A stretch of 64,000 nt of DNA from a plasmid: sequence record OW849071.1. One strand, written 5' to 3'. Position 1 is the first letter of the stretch, and each line of letters starts with the position of its first letter. The position numbers were made by a program, and so were the translations under genes. Positions 63,762 through 64,000 of this stretch are shown here, in pieces. The notes beneath the pieces were generated by a model. It worked only from the letters and a program-made list of their open reading frames with translations. It searched no databases and was not told where the DNA came from.

Positions 63762-64000
63762 ATGAGATTACGTACTGAAAATCTGACCGTCAGCTATGGC
63801 GCACAAACCGTGCTGGATGGACTTTCTCTCGCCCTGCCTGCCGGAAAAATCACGGCCCTGCTCGGCCCTAACGGTTGCGGGAAATCGACGCTGTTGAACT
63901 GTTTTTCTCGCCTGTTAACACCAGACTCTGGCGAGATATTGCTTGATGAAAAACCCATAGCCGGTTTTTCCGCCCGCCAGCTGGCTCGCCGCCTGGCTTT
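63762..64000 (+). CDS. fecE: ABC ATPase FecE, 3' end outside the window
   Basis: MRLRTENLTVSYG... with Walker A GPNGCGKST. Confidence 0.85.
   Translation, partial: MRLRTENLTVSYGAQTVLDGLSLALPAGKITALLGPNGCGKSTLLNCFSRLLTPDSGEILLDEKPIAGFSARQLARRLA

Overview
This window is a mosaic accessory region, probably from a large Klebsiella/Enterobacter-type plasmid or genomic island. It contains heavy-metal and stress modules, amide-utilisation modules and many IS elements.

Gene order:
- pcoD (5' end cut by the window start), pcoR, pcoS, pcoE (copper resistance).
- An ISL3-family IS with 22-bp inverted repeats. Its transposase is split at a C6A6 tract, and the IS truncates an aquaporin-family (MIP) gene.
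- A GNAT acetyltransferase.
- An atypical plus-strand ars cluster: arsR, arsH, an ECF sigma factor with a Cys-containing tail, a variant arsD, arsA with a 1-nt frameshift, and an ArsN-like GNAT.
- A convergent classic arsRDABC operon on the minus strand.
- A block of small hypothetical genes with a GC-rich outlier, hha and a KacAT-like GNAT/RHH toxin-antitoxin pair.
- Two tandem ISNCY-family transposase paralogs, the second truncated next to an IS3-family element.
- A short GC-rich variant of the locus of heat resistance (LHR): orf1, sHsp20 and clpK, joined to a GGDEF remnant, psiE-like and htpX-like genes.
- An IS66 remnant and a 5'-divergent IS1.
- An amiF-type formamidase with a urea-type ABC transporter (urtABCDE-like). 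Its urtC is split by a second IS1 that has an 8-bp target duplication.
- A divergently transcribed two-component system: a hybrid histidine kinase with a permease-like sensor domain, and an REC-LuxR regulator.
- An IS graveyard: IS91 fragment, IS3 orfB fragment, IS903-like element, IS110 transposase, an MFS fragment and a creatininase-like pseudogene.
- An AmiC/AmiR-type (ANTAR) operon. It carries peptide-type ABC importer genes and an FmdA/AmdA-family acetamidase, with an intrinsic terminator in the leader.
- An IS21 istA remnant abutting an orphan IS903 end.
- An E. coli-type fecIRABCDE ferric-citrate system with a Fur box. fecE runs off the window end.

The most interesting candidates are:
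- the transporter-like sensor kinase/LuxR pair next to the formamidase and urea-transporter genes;
- the sigma-factor-containing ars operon;
- the AmiC/AmiR-controlled acetamidase-importer operon.
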